A DNA stretch of 64,000 nucleotides from a virus: positions 32,001 through 96,000 of the IMG/VR virus record IMGVR_UViG_3300043774_000178; one strand, given 5' to 3'. The notes below the pieces were generated by a model. That model did not search any database, was not told the DNA's origin, and saw only the letters and a list, made by a program, of their open reading frames with translations. Made by a program: the position numbers and the translations under genes. This document shows positions 1 through 12,400 of the stretch, in pieces. Numbering within the stretch: position 1 is the first letter of the stretch; each line of letters starts with the position of its first letter.

Positions 1-2
1 CA

Positions 3-3000
3 GCAGGTATTATATCTGAAGCTATTATAGAAGAAGCAGGTTTAGGTTTATTAACTGCTGCTACTGGAGGAGGTGCTGCTCCTGCTTGGATGGCATCACT
101 TGCTAATAAAGGTAATCAATTTAAAAACTTATTTAGAACCTTATCTAAAGCTGACAATGTTGTTGATGCTTCAAATATATATAGGAAGTCATTGAAAGCA
201 ATGGATAATGTTGATGATACTAGAAGAATTTGGAGTGCTCAAAAAGCAGACAAAGCATTAAACTCTGGTATAGGTAGATTCTTTAACCCAGTAGAAAATA
301 CTGCAAATGCTATAATGAAAGGTATAAAGAATGAAGATAACCTAACAGGATTAGCAAGAGCATATACTACAGGATACAATACAGTAGGTGGATTATACCG
401 TGATGTTAGATCAATTAACATGGCTCTTGCAGAAGCAAGACTTGAAGGAGGTATGACCCAGAATGATGTCTATAAAGAATTATATAATAGATATTATGAA
501 AAGACTGGTAGAGCCCCGTCAGATGCAGAACAAGAGTTGATGATTAAGCAGTCTAAAGATGCTGCTACAACATCAATGATGTGGAACACAGGTCTTATAT
601 ATTTGTCAAACAAAGTTGTACTTGATAATATAGTAGGTGCGGGAAAAGGAATTACTGGTTGGACAAGAGGCAAGATTGATGATATACTAGATTTAAAAAC
701 AGGTAAGGTAATTAAAGAAACTGAGGAAGTTGTATTAAAGTCTGGTAAGAAATTTCAGAAACCTAAGTATAAGTGGGAAGAAAATACTTTTAAAAACAAA
801 CTACTTAATATAAAGAAGAATCCAGTAAGTGGTACACTCAGTTTTGCAGGAACATACTTGAAAGGAAACATAATGGAAGCGGGGCAGGAAGTTGCTCAAG
901 AAGTTATTGGTGATGCTACTAAAAAGTATTATGTTTCTACATTTAAGAATGAACACTTAAGAACTCAACAGTATGCAACCGGTTTAGCAAAGTCTGCATT
1001 TGATGACTTATTTAGTACTTCAAGAGGATGGGAAACAGCAGCTTCTGGTTTCTTTATGGGTATGTTTGCTGGACCATTAAATAAGTCAGTAGAACTTATG
1101 TCTGTAGGATATGATAAATACTTCAATCCTGAACAGTACAATGAGTATAAAAAAGTAAGAGATGAGTATGGCAAGAGGATTGTCAATACCCTATCTAGTG
1201 TAGACATGAATGAATTCTTTAATTCAAGAATTTGGAATTATGGTGTTCAAGGTTCTATGAGTGATTTAAGATTAGCAGACAGTGAAAAACTACAGAGAGA
1301 TGCGCAGGATCAAGCCTTCATAACTCAAATGAACACTGTACTTGAGAATGACATGATGAATCACTTTATAGAAAACTTAGAGTCTTATAAAGGATTAACT
1401 GCTGAAGAATTTGAAGAAGCCTTCCCTAATGTGCCTCAAGGAGAAGGAGCTAAATACATTGCTAAGCTAGATGAGACAATAGACAGAGCAAAAAATCTAG
1501 AGAAGAAATATAACTTCTATAAAGAAAGATTTCCAGATCCTGTTAGTGCAAAAGATCTAGAGGGATTGGCTCCTGAATCTAAAGAGTATCAAAATGCTCA
1601 GTTACTAAATGAGGCTTGGAAGGTTGCAAGATACAATGGTATATTCTTTAGTGAGACATTTGAGAATGTAACAAAAAGAATGTCAGGTATACTAGATTCT
1701 GTAGCATCACAAAAACTACTTAAGAATGCATCAGCTAGTGATATAACTGTATTGTTTGATCCTAAGTTACTTGCTAATCAAGCAGACATACTTAGAGATG
1801 AGATAGACATGATGTCTAAGACAGAAGGTACAAGACCTAAAGATCTCTTAGAAAGAAAACAAAAGCTTGAGGCTCTAGATAATTATGACAAAGCTGTAAA
1901 TACTTACTTGTCATTTACTATGACAAAAGAAGCTATAGCTGAGAAGTTTATTAACCGTGCTAAGATGCAGGGTAAAGAACTTTCTGATGAGGAGTTAGAT
2001 TCACTTGTAGAATCTGAAATGAGTAAGAGATCCGAATCAGACCAAGTAGAAGCAGCTAAACAATTAGAGATTGCTTACAAAGACTATCTTAAAACTCTTG
2101 CTGGTCAAACTGGTGACTATGTATTTGATGAGCAAATAGATGACTCATTCATAAAACTAATAGACTATTATAAGCTAAGTGATGAAGCTAAGCTTATGAA
2201 TACATATGCAAACTTATTAATGAATCCTGCAGGATATCTAGAACAAGTAGAGAAGAACCAGGAGTGGATGAGTGAGCTTTACAATAATAGAAAGGAGTAC
2301 TATCAAGAGATGGTACAAGAAGCTATAAAAGCAAAAGAGTCTAATGATCTTTTAAACTTTCTTGCTTCTAGAAACATCTATGTAAGTTTAGATGACTTTC
2401 AAAGATTCTTAGAAACAGGTATCCTACCTGATGAATTCTATAATGACACTAATAATACCGTAATAAAAAGATCTAATCCTGAATACATTGAGCTAGCTAG
2501 AGCATTTATAAAGTTTAATGAACTAAACAAACAAGTTATAAAAGCTCAGTCAGCAGATGAAACTCTTAGAGAGACTCTGAAGAATCTTGATGAGAAGATG
2601 ATGGATGAGATTGAGGCTCTTGAAAAATCAGAAGTAAGAAATGAACTTGGTCCAATACCTACAAAGAAAAAGGGTATAGGTATTTCTGATGTGATGGCTA
2701 ATGTAGAAGATGGTCAATATGCAGACCTTATCTACATGGAAGGTAAAGATGAAACACAGATTACTGTATACAGAGATGGTGATGTCTTAAAGTATAATAA
2801 CAAAGAAGGAGAAGAAGTTAATCCTAAACTTAAGACAAAGTTTATCTCTGGAGTAAAGTATGAAATAAAACTAGAACCAGACGCAGCTGAAGTAGAAGCT
2901 ATTAAAGAAAAGTATAGAGCAATAAAAGACCTTAAGGTAGAAGAAGCTTTAGCAGAAAAAGAAAAGGAACAGTTTGAAGAAGATAAGTTTGTAGAGATAA

Positions 3001-6000
3001 CTCCTAGTACTCCTATTGAAGAGTTTCCAGCTGATTTATATAATGAACTATATCTCATGTTTGAAGACTATATTGATAAAACAAATATAGAAGTTCAGGA
3101 TGATGAGTTTACTGACAGATTAGCTAACTTCATAAGAACCAACTCTTTAGCTGCTGAAGTAATAGCTGAGTATAATAAAAACAAAAAGTTAGAAATAGCT
3201 ACAGCTCCTACTGGTGAAGTTATTGTACCCACTATAACTACAAGAGATGGTAAAGAAGTTTCTGTAGATGAGTTACCTGAAGAAGAAGTAAGGTCATATC
3301 TGAACTCTTTCTTATCTGAATTAAAAGTATTAGAAACAAAAGATAAACTAGAACCACAAGAACAGAACAGACTCTATCAAATAAAAAGAGTAGCAGATGA
3401 TCTACAGAAGTATGTGGATAGTCTAGATAAAACTCAGTTTACGGAAGCACAGCTTGCCACTATTGAAGTACTAAATCAGATAAAACTTAAGAATGAACAG
3501 TTAGTAAGAACTCCTAATGGGTATATCATAGATGATACACTTCATAAAAGAGTTACTACTGAGATTCAAAAGCTAGTATCTAAAGGTTACCAGTATACAG
3601 ATATTGGTAAAATACGTATTGCATTTAATAGTACACTAGGTAAAACAGGACTTACTGTAGATTCAGTAGATGCATTTATAAATAAGCTAAGAGAGGAATC
3701 TCCAAAAGGATTCAGTGAGTATACATATACAGAATTAGACCAAGAGCTTAAAGCATTAGCTGGTCAACCTACTACTGCTGGTACTCAAGCTGATATAGAA
3801 AGAAAATCTAATGAGTCTGTAAAAGACTTTATAGAAAGATTGTTTTCTAATAATTACTTTTCAGAAGTAGATGGAAAACAAATATTTAGTTTGACACAAG
3901 GAAGATGGGGTGTTGTAGTTAATATAAATGGTGTACAAGTACCTTTTTATCAATCTACTTCTGGTACAGACACTAAAGTTACAGGCCAATGGTACCCATT
4001 CTTTGGAGACTTAGGTAATTGGGTTATAAAAGGGAATAGCGATGATTCTAATATAGGGTATGGGTTTAAAGCTATACAAAATGTTCAAAAGTTTTTAAAT
4101 GATAATATAAAAGAAACAGATGCTATAGCTTTAAGCGGTATTATATCTACAGACGTTAATCAAAATAAAGAAAGTTTAAGAAGCTTAGATGAATCTAAAA
4201 TAAAAGGTAATGAAAAAATATCTTTAAATAAAGAAGCAACTGCAAAAAGATTAGCTGATGTAGCAGGTTACTCACTTGAAGAAGGTAGGAAAACTAAATC
4301 AGATTTAGAATTATTTGAGTTAGCATCTAAAAAAATATTTGCAGAACTAGCTGCATTAGAACCTAAAGCAACTGAAAACCAAGTAGATAGAAAAGCTGCA
4401 GTCATAGAAGCTGGTTTAGGTAGAGAGTTAGAAAATATAGTTAGAGATAGACTAAGAAATGAAGGTGTCACCCAAGCAGAAAGAAATAAATTAACTCTTA
4501 CCCAAGAACAATCTATTTCATTAGCAACAGAAGCTGATTACAAAACTCTTTTAGAAAATAATAAGAGGAAACTCAAAGAAGAAGAAGCTAAGTTTGAAGC
4601 ATCTCAGAAAGAAGATTTTGATCCTACAACTGGAGAATTTGAAACTGGGGAGAATGTTGCTTTCTATCAGAATAAGATAAAATCTATTGAAGGTATAATC
4701 AATATTAAACCTACAGCTAAACCACAGTTTCTTACAAAAGCTGAGCTTAGAGAACTTGTTGAAAATCTAGTCCAGGAGAAAACATATGAAGATGCTAGAA
4801 TAGCAGGTAATTATGTAGATAGAGCCATAAGAGATTTCTTTGCAGGTAGAACTCCTGAGTTCAATGAAAAATATATTACTAAGGAAGCTTATGATAGTTT
4901 ATTTGGTGACTCATCTGCAGTAGATGCATCAGGTAATAGAACTTCAATAGGTTATTTAGAACTAGCAAAACAAAGACTTGAAGAGCAAGGTCTATATCTA
5001 TACTCAGAAGGGTTAGTATTAAATGATGTTGATGCTGTTGTTGCTGGTGAGATTGACCTTATAATGGTAGATAGACAAGGTAGGGTATTTATAGTTGATG
5101 TCAAAACAGGAGACGCAACAAAATGGGGGAATTTCAATGACCCTAAAAATCAATACTCTAAAAAAGAAGACTATGAGTTGCAACAAACTACATACTCTAA
5201 TCTTCTGTTTAACATGACAGGATTAAATTCATTAGTATCTCTTATGCCAATTGAGATAACTAAAGATAAAGAAACAGGAAAAATCCTTACTGCCTCAGCA
5301 CCTAAAGCTAAAGACTTACTTAAACCGGAATCATTTAGAATACCATTAAGTAAAGAAACTAAATCTATTGGTGCTGTTAAAACTATTACAGATACTCAGA
5401 GAGCTGAGATTAAAGGATTTGGTATTACTGATTCTCAAATTGAGCTAATGACTCAAAGAGAAATTGACTTACTTCTAAACCCAGAATTAAGGTCTGAGGT
5501 AATGATTGAAGACTTAAAGAAGAAATATAAAAATGCAGATACAGTTTTAGGAAAAACTATTCAAGAAAGAGTAGATACTATAGTACCAAGAAAAGATAGA
5601 GAAGCATCTATCATTCAAACAGGAAGACCTGTGTCAGAAGAAACAGTTAAGAAACTAAAGAGTCTAGGTTTTACTGATGAGATGATTGGTATAATGAGTG
5701 CAGAAGATATAGAAGAAGCTAAAAAGATCCGTAGAAAAGCAGATGCAAAAACTCTTATAGATAAGTATGCAGAACTTTTACCAAAAGAAGGATCTGAGGG
5801 TGACCAAGCTCCTCCTAAAAATTCTACTAATGCTAATCAGAATGTAGAAGAAAGTGCTGAACTAAGACAGTTTAGAGAAGGCTTAAGAGGACACCTAGCA
5901 AAAATGGATCTTATTGCACTAGATAAGTATGAAGCTGAGACTGTTGCAAACCTTATTAAAAACAAACAGATTACTGCTGAGTTTGCTATCATAGCGTCAG

Positions 6001-6455
6001 AAGAAATTCAAGCTAGAAGAGAAGAACTAAAACAAGGTGCACCATCTGAAGTAACTCCAGTTACTATTGAAAAAGGATCTGAATATGCGGTAGAAGTTAC
6101 TATCTTTGAAACAAGAAATCCTAATAATATTTTTGCAAAGCCTGGTGATGTTGTAAGAGTTGTAAGCTCTACTGAAAATAAAGTAGTAGTAAAGAACAGT
6201 AATAACAAACAAAAGACTTTAAGCTTTGAAGAGTTCAATAAAATGCTTATATTAAAAGAGAACGTAATGCAACCTAGTACTGATACAAGTGAAACTTTAA
6301 CTCCAGAAGAATCCTCTATAGTAGACGAATCTAATTCTGCAGCAATGGATCTATTAGATAGTCCAACTAGAATGGCAGAATTACAAAAAGAAGCTGAAGA
6401 TTCTAAAATAGAAGATCTGGAAAAAGATTTCTTAGACAGTATTGATGAATGTTAG
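3..6455 (+). CDS. Giant virion/ejection protein 1 (5'-truncated) with PD-(D/E)XK nuclease-like domain
   Basis: Frame is open from nt 3, so the gene starts before the window. Motifs GNYVDRAIRDFF, AGEIDLIMVD..VFIVDVKTG and QQTTY at ~4780-5200. First of three tandem giant genes typical of crAss-like phages. Confidence 0.8.
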   Translation, partial: AGIISEAIIEEAGLGLLTAATGGGAAPAWMASLANKGNQFKNLFRTLSKADNVVDASNIYRKSLKAMDNVDDTRRIWSAQKADKALNSGIGRFFNPVENTANAIMKGIKNEDNLTGLARAYTTGYNTVGGLYRDVRSINMALAEARLEGGMTQNDVYKELYNRYYEKTGRAPSDAEQELMIKQSKDAATTSMMWNTGLIYLSNKVVLDNIVGAGKGITGWTRGKIDDILDLKTGKVIKETEEVVLKSGKKFQKPKYKWEENTFKNKLLNIKKNPVSGTLSFAGTYLKGNIMEAGQEVAQEVIGDATKKYYVSTFKNEHLRTQQYATGLAKSAFDDLFSTSRGWETAASGFFMGMFAGPLNKSVELMSVGYDKYFNPEQYNEYKKVRDEYGKRIVNTLSSVDMNEFFNSRIWNYGVQGSMSDLRLADSEKLQRDAQDQAFITQMNTVLENDMMNHFIENLESYKGLTAEEFEEAFPNVPQGEGAKYIAKLDETIDRAKNLEKKYNFYKERFPDPVSAKDLEGLAPESKEYQNAQLLNEAWKVARYNGIFFSETFENVTKRMSGILDSVASQKLLKNASASDITVLFDPKLLANQADILRDEIDMMSKTEGTRPKDLLERKQKLEALDNYDKAVNTYLSFTMTKEAIAEKFINRAKMQGKELSDEELDSLVESEMSKRSESDQVEAAKQLEIAYKDYLKTLAGQTGDYVFDEQIDDSFIKLIDYYKLSDEAKLMNTYANLLMNPAGYLEQVEKNQEWMSELYNNRKEYYQEMVQEAIKAKESNDLLNFLASRNIYVSLDDFQRFLETGILPDEFYNDTNNTVIKRSNPEYIELARAFIKFNELNKQVIKAQSADETLRETLKNLDEKMMDEIEALEKSEVRNELGPIPTKKKGIGISDVMANVEDGQYADLIYMEGKDETQITVYRDGDVLKYNNKEGEEVNPKLKTKFISGVKYEIKLEPDAAEVEAIKEKYRAIKDLKVEEALAEKEKEQFEEDKFVEITPSTPIEEFPADLYNELYLMFEDYIDKTNIEVQDDEFTDRLANFIRTNSLAAEVIAEYNKNKKLEIATAPTGEVIVPTITTRDGKEVSVDELPEEEVRSYLNSFLSELKVLETKDKLEPQEQNRLYQIKRVADDLQKYVDSLDKTQFTEAQLATIEVLNQIKLKNEQLVRTPNGYIIDDTLHKRVTTEIQKLVSKGYQYTDIGKIRIAFNSTLGKTGLTVDSVDAFINKLREESPKGFSEYTYTELDQELKALAGQPTTAGTQADIERKSNESVKDFIERLFSNNYFSEVDGKQIFSLTQGRWGVVVNINGVQVPFYQSTSGTDTKVTGQWYPFFGDLGNWVIKGNSDDSNIGYGFKAIQNVQKFLNDNIKETDAIALSGIISTDVNQNKESLRSLDESKIKGNEKISLNKEATAKRLADVAGYSLEEGRKTKSDLELFELASKKIFAELAALEPKATENQVDRKAAVIEAGLGRELENIVRDRLRNEGVTQAERNKLTLTQEQSISLATEADYKTLLENNKRKLKEEEAKFEASQKEDFDPTTGEFETGENVAFYQNKIKSIEGIINIKPTAKPQFLTKAELRELVENLVQEKTYEDARIAGNYVDRAIRDFFAGRTPEFNEKYITKEAYDSLFGDSSAVDASGNRTSIGYLELAKQRLEEQGLYLYSEGLVLNDVDAVVAGEIDLIMVDRQGRVFIVDVKTGDATKWGNFNDPKNQYSKKEDYELQQTTYSNLLFNMTGLNSLVSLMPIEITKDKETGKILTASAPKAKDLLKPESFRIPLSKETKSIGAVKTITDTQRAEIKGFGITDSQIELMTQREIDLLLNPELRSEVMIEDLKKKYKNADTVLGKTIQERVDTIVPRKDREASIIQTGRPVSEETVKKLKSLGFTDEMIGIMSAEDIEEAKKIRRKADAKTLIDKYAELLPKEGSEGDQAPPKNSTNANQNVEESAELRQFREGLRGHLAKMDLIALDKYEAETVANLIKNKQITAEFAIIASEEIQARREELKQGAPSEVTPVTIEKGSEYAVEVTIFETRNPNNIFAKPGDVVRVVSSTENKVVVKNSNNKQKTLSFEEFNKMLILKENVMQPSTDTSETLTPEESSIVDESNSAAMDLLDSPTRMAELQKEAEDSKIEDLEKDFLDSIDEC

Positions 6456-6459
6456 TAAT

Positions 6460-9400
6460 ATGAAAATTACCTGTGCACTTTCACCCACTCAATTAGAGAA
6501 GTTATATAAACTTGTTTATAAAAATATAATCACTGCAGTAGAAAAAGGGGATACTACATTTGACCCTAATGTCTATATGCAGGATCTGTTTACTAAGATG
6601 GCTGATAATTCCTCAGAGGATAATGCCGCCAAGTTTATTCAACAGGTACCCATACTTTTAGTATCAATACAAGCTACTCCTAAAGTATTTAGAAGTGGTA
6701 TAAAGTTTCCTGAAGGCACAGACTTAAGAGAATTAGATTCTAGATATACTAATTCTGAAACAGGTATAGGTGAAATACTTAAAGACTTTGGATCATCAAA
6801 CATTAATGATCTTAGATCAAAGGTTCAAATGAATGCAAGGACTCAGTTTGATCCTACAGAAAGAGATCTTGAAGAACAAGAGATTCCAAGTGCACCAAGA
6901 CTAACATCATTCAACCCTAATACAGGAACCCTAATTGAGTTTCAACCTGTAAAGCCTGGTAAGAAAGCAGAAGATGTTCTGTTCCAAGAATCTATAAATG
7001 AAAATAGAACTACTATTTATACTACTATAAATAGATTAAGAGATGCTGTTGATCCTACTACACAACTAGTAAAAGATTTAGTATATCAAAATAGAACACT
7101 TAGATTAAAAGCAGTTCCTCTTGAAACTATTGACAGAGATTTACTTGATCAGACTACTTTAAAAGCAATTGAAAGATCACAAGTACTAAGAGCTGATAAA
7201 AAAACTCAAGCTGGTGTAGTTCAAACAGATAGTATGGTAGCATTAGTTGTTATTGATGCTGAAACAGGAGATTTTGTAAAGTTTGATGAGACCGGTGACA
7301 TAACAGATAATGTTGAAGGTAAGATAGTATATCAGTTCTTAAGACCTATAGCAAAGGATTCTAATGGAAAATATGTTGTTACTGATTTCTTTGCAAAAGA
7401 AAGAAGAATAGCTAAGCCTGACCTAGTTGCAACTAAGACATACTTTCCTGAAATGGGTATATCTTATGAGGAGTATCTTAAGCAAGTAGATAAAGAACAG
7501 CAAGAAGACTTTAAAAAAATAGAAGAACTTAGAAAAAAAGTTTTATCTGGAGAAGATATAGAACTTTCTATAATAAGTGTTACTGATGGTATTGCTCCTT
7601 CAGAAACTGGTATAAGACTTACTATACAAAAAATTAACGATAACTATTATGGTGATCTTAATTGGGAATCTATATTTAAAACAACAAGGATATTAAACAA
7701 GAAAGAAAAGGGATTAGGAGAAGGTGTTGCTGTTGTAGAAATAAAAGGTAAAGAATACGCAATAGATAGAAAAGACATACCTAATGATAAGGCAGAAGAA
7801 ATATCTTATGTATTAACAAATCCTAATATTCCTTTTGAAACAAGACTATCATTTTATCATCAGTTCTTTGGAGATAAGATATCACCTTCAGCTGTAAGTC
7901 ATAAGATAACTTATGATGTAGATACTAAAGAATTTAAGATCTTCATATATAATGAAACTTATGCTCAAAATAAAAACAGAAAAGAACCTAGAGGAATTGA
8001 TATATCGGATGCAGCATTAAAGAAAGCATCACCTGAGTTTTTAGAAAAATTAAGATATAATATAGAACAAAGATTAAAAAAAGGTAAGTCATCTGTTTCA
8101 GGAACAATGTATGCTGCTAAGATGAGTTATGTATCTGATTTATTTAAAGGTAATAAAGCATTCTTTACTTATGATATAAACACTCAGGAGTTTACACCAA
8201 CTAACTATACTAAGTTTATTACATCTCTTAACCCAGAAATTACTACAGCTCTGGAAGGAACTGAGAACTTTAATGCATCTATAGTATTTAACATGCCCTC
8301 ATCTATTGAGAGTAAGATTGAACAGACTAATAAAAATTTAAAAGCAGAAAAAGAAGATCCTGAATTAAGTGTAAAAGAAAACAAAGATGATTTAGTATCT
8401 TATCTTAAGACTGTTGGTGATGCTGAAACAGCATTAGTAGATACTCTTAATATTACAGAAAGTAAAAGTGGTAGCACTCTAACTTTTACATCTCCTTCTA
8501 ATGGATCTGAAATAACTGTAGGACTAGATCCAAAAGCTATTGATGAAAATTTAATACCTGAAAAAGAAGGTATAATTACATTAGGATTAGCTACAGTTGA
8601 AACAGATGACATATATGTAGAAGATGCAATAGAGGTTTTTCACAATGGTCAATTAATTGGATACGTTAGAGAAACTAGTACTCCTCAAGAAAGAGTAGAA
8701 AGAGAAAAATTTTACAAAGACAAAAAGAAAGAAATTCTAGCTCAGAGATTAGCAGAGCAAAATCAAATTCTTAACCCTACAAATGTTACTCAACCATCTG
8801 ATACAAAACAGAAGCCAGGTAAGAAAACAAAAATAGATCCTAGTAAATTCTCAGGTTTAAATAGAAGTAACTTACTAGATAATGGTGTCACTCAAGAGCA
8901 GATTACTGCTGCAGAGAAATGGTGGTCTTCACATCCACTAAATAAAGTTATTGGATTAGAGCACCTTACTAACATTGTTAATTCAAATGCTTTTGCAAGA
9001 TTTACTTCTTCTGCGCAGAAACTAACTGACCCTTCTTTACTAGGTAAAATAACTTTTTATAAAGGTGGTAGTTTAGTAGATATCTATCATGAAGCATGGC
9101 ATGCATTCTCTCAATTATATTTAACTAGAGATGAGAAGATAAAACTCTATGAGGAAGTAAGAAGAGCTACTCCAAAACTTGCTGATGCAAGCCAACGAGA
9201 AATAGAAGAAGAACTTGCAGAAGACTTTAGAACTTATGCTAAAAATCAAAAGGTAAAGAAAGACTCTCCTGTAAGAAACTCTTTGTTTAGAAAAATACTA
9301 AACTTTATAAGATCCTTTTTTGGAAAGAATCCTGCTAGTCAAGAAGTATCTAATAATCTATCTGATAATACAGTAGTAAAAGAACTGTATGATAAACTAT

Positions 9401-12400
9401 TTTTTGCTAATCAAAATCCTAGTTTATTAAATGACTATACTCCTCTTATTGACAATGTCATGTTTGACTCGCTAAATAGAGGTCCTCAGAGAGTAGATAA
9501 TAGAAAAGAACAAGCTTTGAGTAAAGCAGATGCAGATAAAGCAGTAGAAAGCTTAGATTCTATATTATCTGACTATATAGATGAGATCCATGACGTAAGA
9601 AAAAGTCAAGGAGATGCAAACTTAAAGTCTGGTAGTATTGCATTACTTTCAAGTCAAGTTGGTGAAGATGGTATAACTAATAAAGAAAGACTTTATGATT
9701 ATGCTAAATCAGAGTTTCAAGACAAACTCGAATATTGGCAAGATCAGCTAGGTGAAATATCTGGAGCTAACTTTAACAAGTTAAATTCTGTAGAAGAAAT
9801 AGAAAGAAATGCTATAGGTATAATTAGAAGTGAAAAAGGAAAACACAAATACTTTTTCTTAACTTCTCAAGTAGAAAATTTTGATAACCTAATACCTGAG
9901 TTAAAACGAGGTCAGAGAGTAAAAGGACAAGCATACTATAATATAAATGTAGTATCAGACTTCTATTCACATAAAAATATAAAAGTAGGTGACAGACCAA
10001 TAACTATTGCACTTGTATCAGATGTAAGAGATGCTGAGATACAATATGATAACTACATAAAAGGTGGAAATCAGGACGTTACTATTTTTGAGCAAAAAAA
10101 TCAACCGAACTTAGTACCTCTAACTCCTGAGCAACAAGCTATACAAAACAAAGTAAGATTGCTTGAGAAAGTTTTAGAGAACTGGGGTGATGCAAATACT
10201 GGTTTTGTAAAATATCATATGGAGAATAGTGACTTTGATATTATCAAAGAAACATTTGTTGAAGTAGAATATGATGAGGCTGGTGTAGAAGTAGATGAAA
10301 CAAGTCCTGAAGATGGTAAAGGTTCTGATGATACCTTCAATGATAAGACAGGTAAAGTATCATTAGAGAAACTAGCAAACAAAGAAACTGTATACCTACT
10401 AAAAAGTCTTTTTAAGATTGATAGAAAGACTGGTGAAACAATAGAAGATTCACTTGGATTTAAACAACGTGCAGACTATAGAGAAGTATGGAATGCAGTT
10501 GTAAGAGCAATGGGTGGAGAAAAGAATAGAGTTAAAGCTTATGAAAAACTAAAAAAAGCAGTATCTCATACTCCTGAATTAAAACAACTTATAGAGAAGA
10601 AGTTTCCTATGCCAGAGGGTATTACAAACCCATATGAGTTTAACATAAGCTCTTCATTCTGGCAAACATTCTCAAGACCAAGAGTACCTTATTTGCAGCT
10701 TACTGCATATATGAATGTAGAAAAAGTTTATGATCCTATATCAGGTTCAGAAACTTCAAAAGTTAGATCAGTAAACACTGAAGTTACTACAGCTTCTGTT
10801 GAGGTAAGTTCTACATTAAGAAAGTTTGAGACTAAATTTAAGACTGATCTTAATAATCCATATGTTACAAGAACAGCAAGTAATGAAACTCTATTAAAAG
10901 TACAGGAGGTAGCTAAAGCTTTTGCAAATAAGAAAACAGCAGATCTTAATGTTGCTGACTCATTTAATTTTGCAAGAGCTATAGGTTTCTATGTTGATGA
11001 TTTACTATCTATAAAGAAAGAACTTAAAGATAATCCGGGTCAATATGGGTTGCAATATATCTATGATGTTGTAAAAGGGTTTGCTGCAATAGAAGCTAAA
11101 GGTGCAGAAGCTACAGTAGAACAATCTAAGAAGTTATTAGAATTCAAAAGAAATCCTGTACAAGTATTATCTAGTGAGATTCCTAAAGGTATACTAGGAG
11201 ATAAGTCTGTTAACATGAGTACTAATGTTGATAGATTAGCTAAGCTACAAATTAACCTTGGTGTAGATTCTTCTAACTATTCAGTGTTTAGTGCTGATAG
11301 AAATAAGGTATTTGAGTTTATCAATGACCACTCTATAAGTAGAATGGTTGATGCTATAAATGATGTAAATAAGTTAACTGAGCTTTGGACAGAGTCAGAG
11401 TATAAGTACATGAGCTACTTGGATTGGAACAAAAATACATTTACTCAAAAGTCACAAATACTTAAAAGTCTATTTGATTTTACTGATCCAGAATTTGAGA
11501 AAAGAGAAGGTAAGTCACTCAAGTTATTTAATGACTCTGGTACTCAAGCTGTTATAAATGAAAATGGTAGGACTGAGTTTTTTACAGGAACTAATACTAC
11601 TTCACAAGATATCAATGGTAAGTTCATTCAAGAACTACACATGATGTTAAAAGGTGGTGTCCAAGAGTTTATTAGACACGCATCAAAGAAAACAGCACAA
11701 GGTGTAAAGGTAGATGGTGGAATAATAGGTGGTATTGAAAAAGGTATAGACCCTAATCTATATGTAGATATATCTATGTTCAAACCTGATGGTGCAGGTG
11801 TAAGCTATGCATTCAATCAAATACTATTACCATATATTACTGTAGAGTTTGATAGGATACAAAAGTTTAAAGCTAACAAAGAGAAGTATCTTAACTTCCT
11901 CGGATATAATAATAGAGTTGGTGGTACTAAAGAAAATCCTATTTATGCAGGAGAAGTATTCACAGCTTTTGATAATGTTATTACTGATAGTGTAAAACAA
12001 AAGTTGTATAATCTACCACTAGGTACAGATCTTAATGCGTACTTAAGAAGTAATCCTTCACTGAGATTAGAACTACAAAGAGATGTTGAACAGTACTTTA
12101 AAGAACAGACTCTTGATAATATCAGCATGCTTGAAGAGAACAAGTTTATAGACAGCTCTCTCTTTGATAAGTTAGGTATGCCTGCCCCTGTTAATGAAAC
12201 TCGTGAACAAAAACTAACAAGAGAAAAAGAGGCTGAAGCTTTGCTTGTAAAAGCATATACATACAACTCCTGGATACATAACTTTGAGACAATACATCTT
12301 TTCTATGGTGATATGGCTCAGTACAATCACATAAAAGAAGAGTTGCATAAGAGAAATACAGGATCTACTTCAGGTGGTATTAAGTTCTTATCAGATAAGC

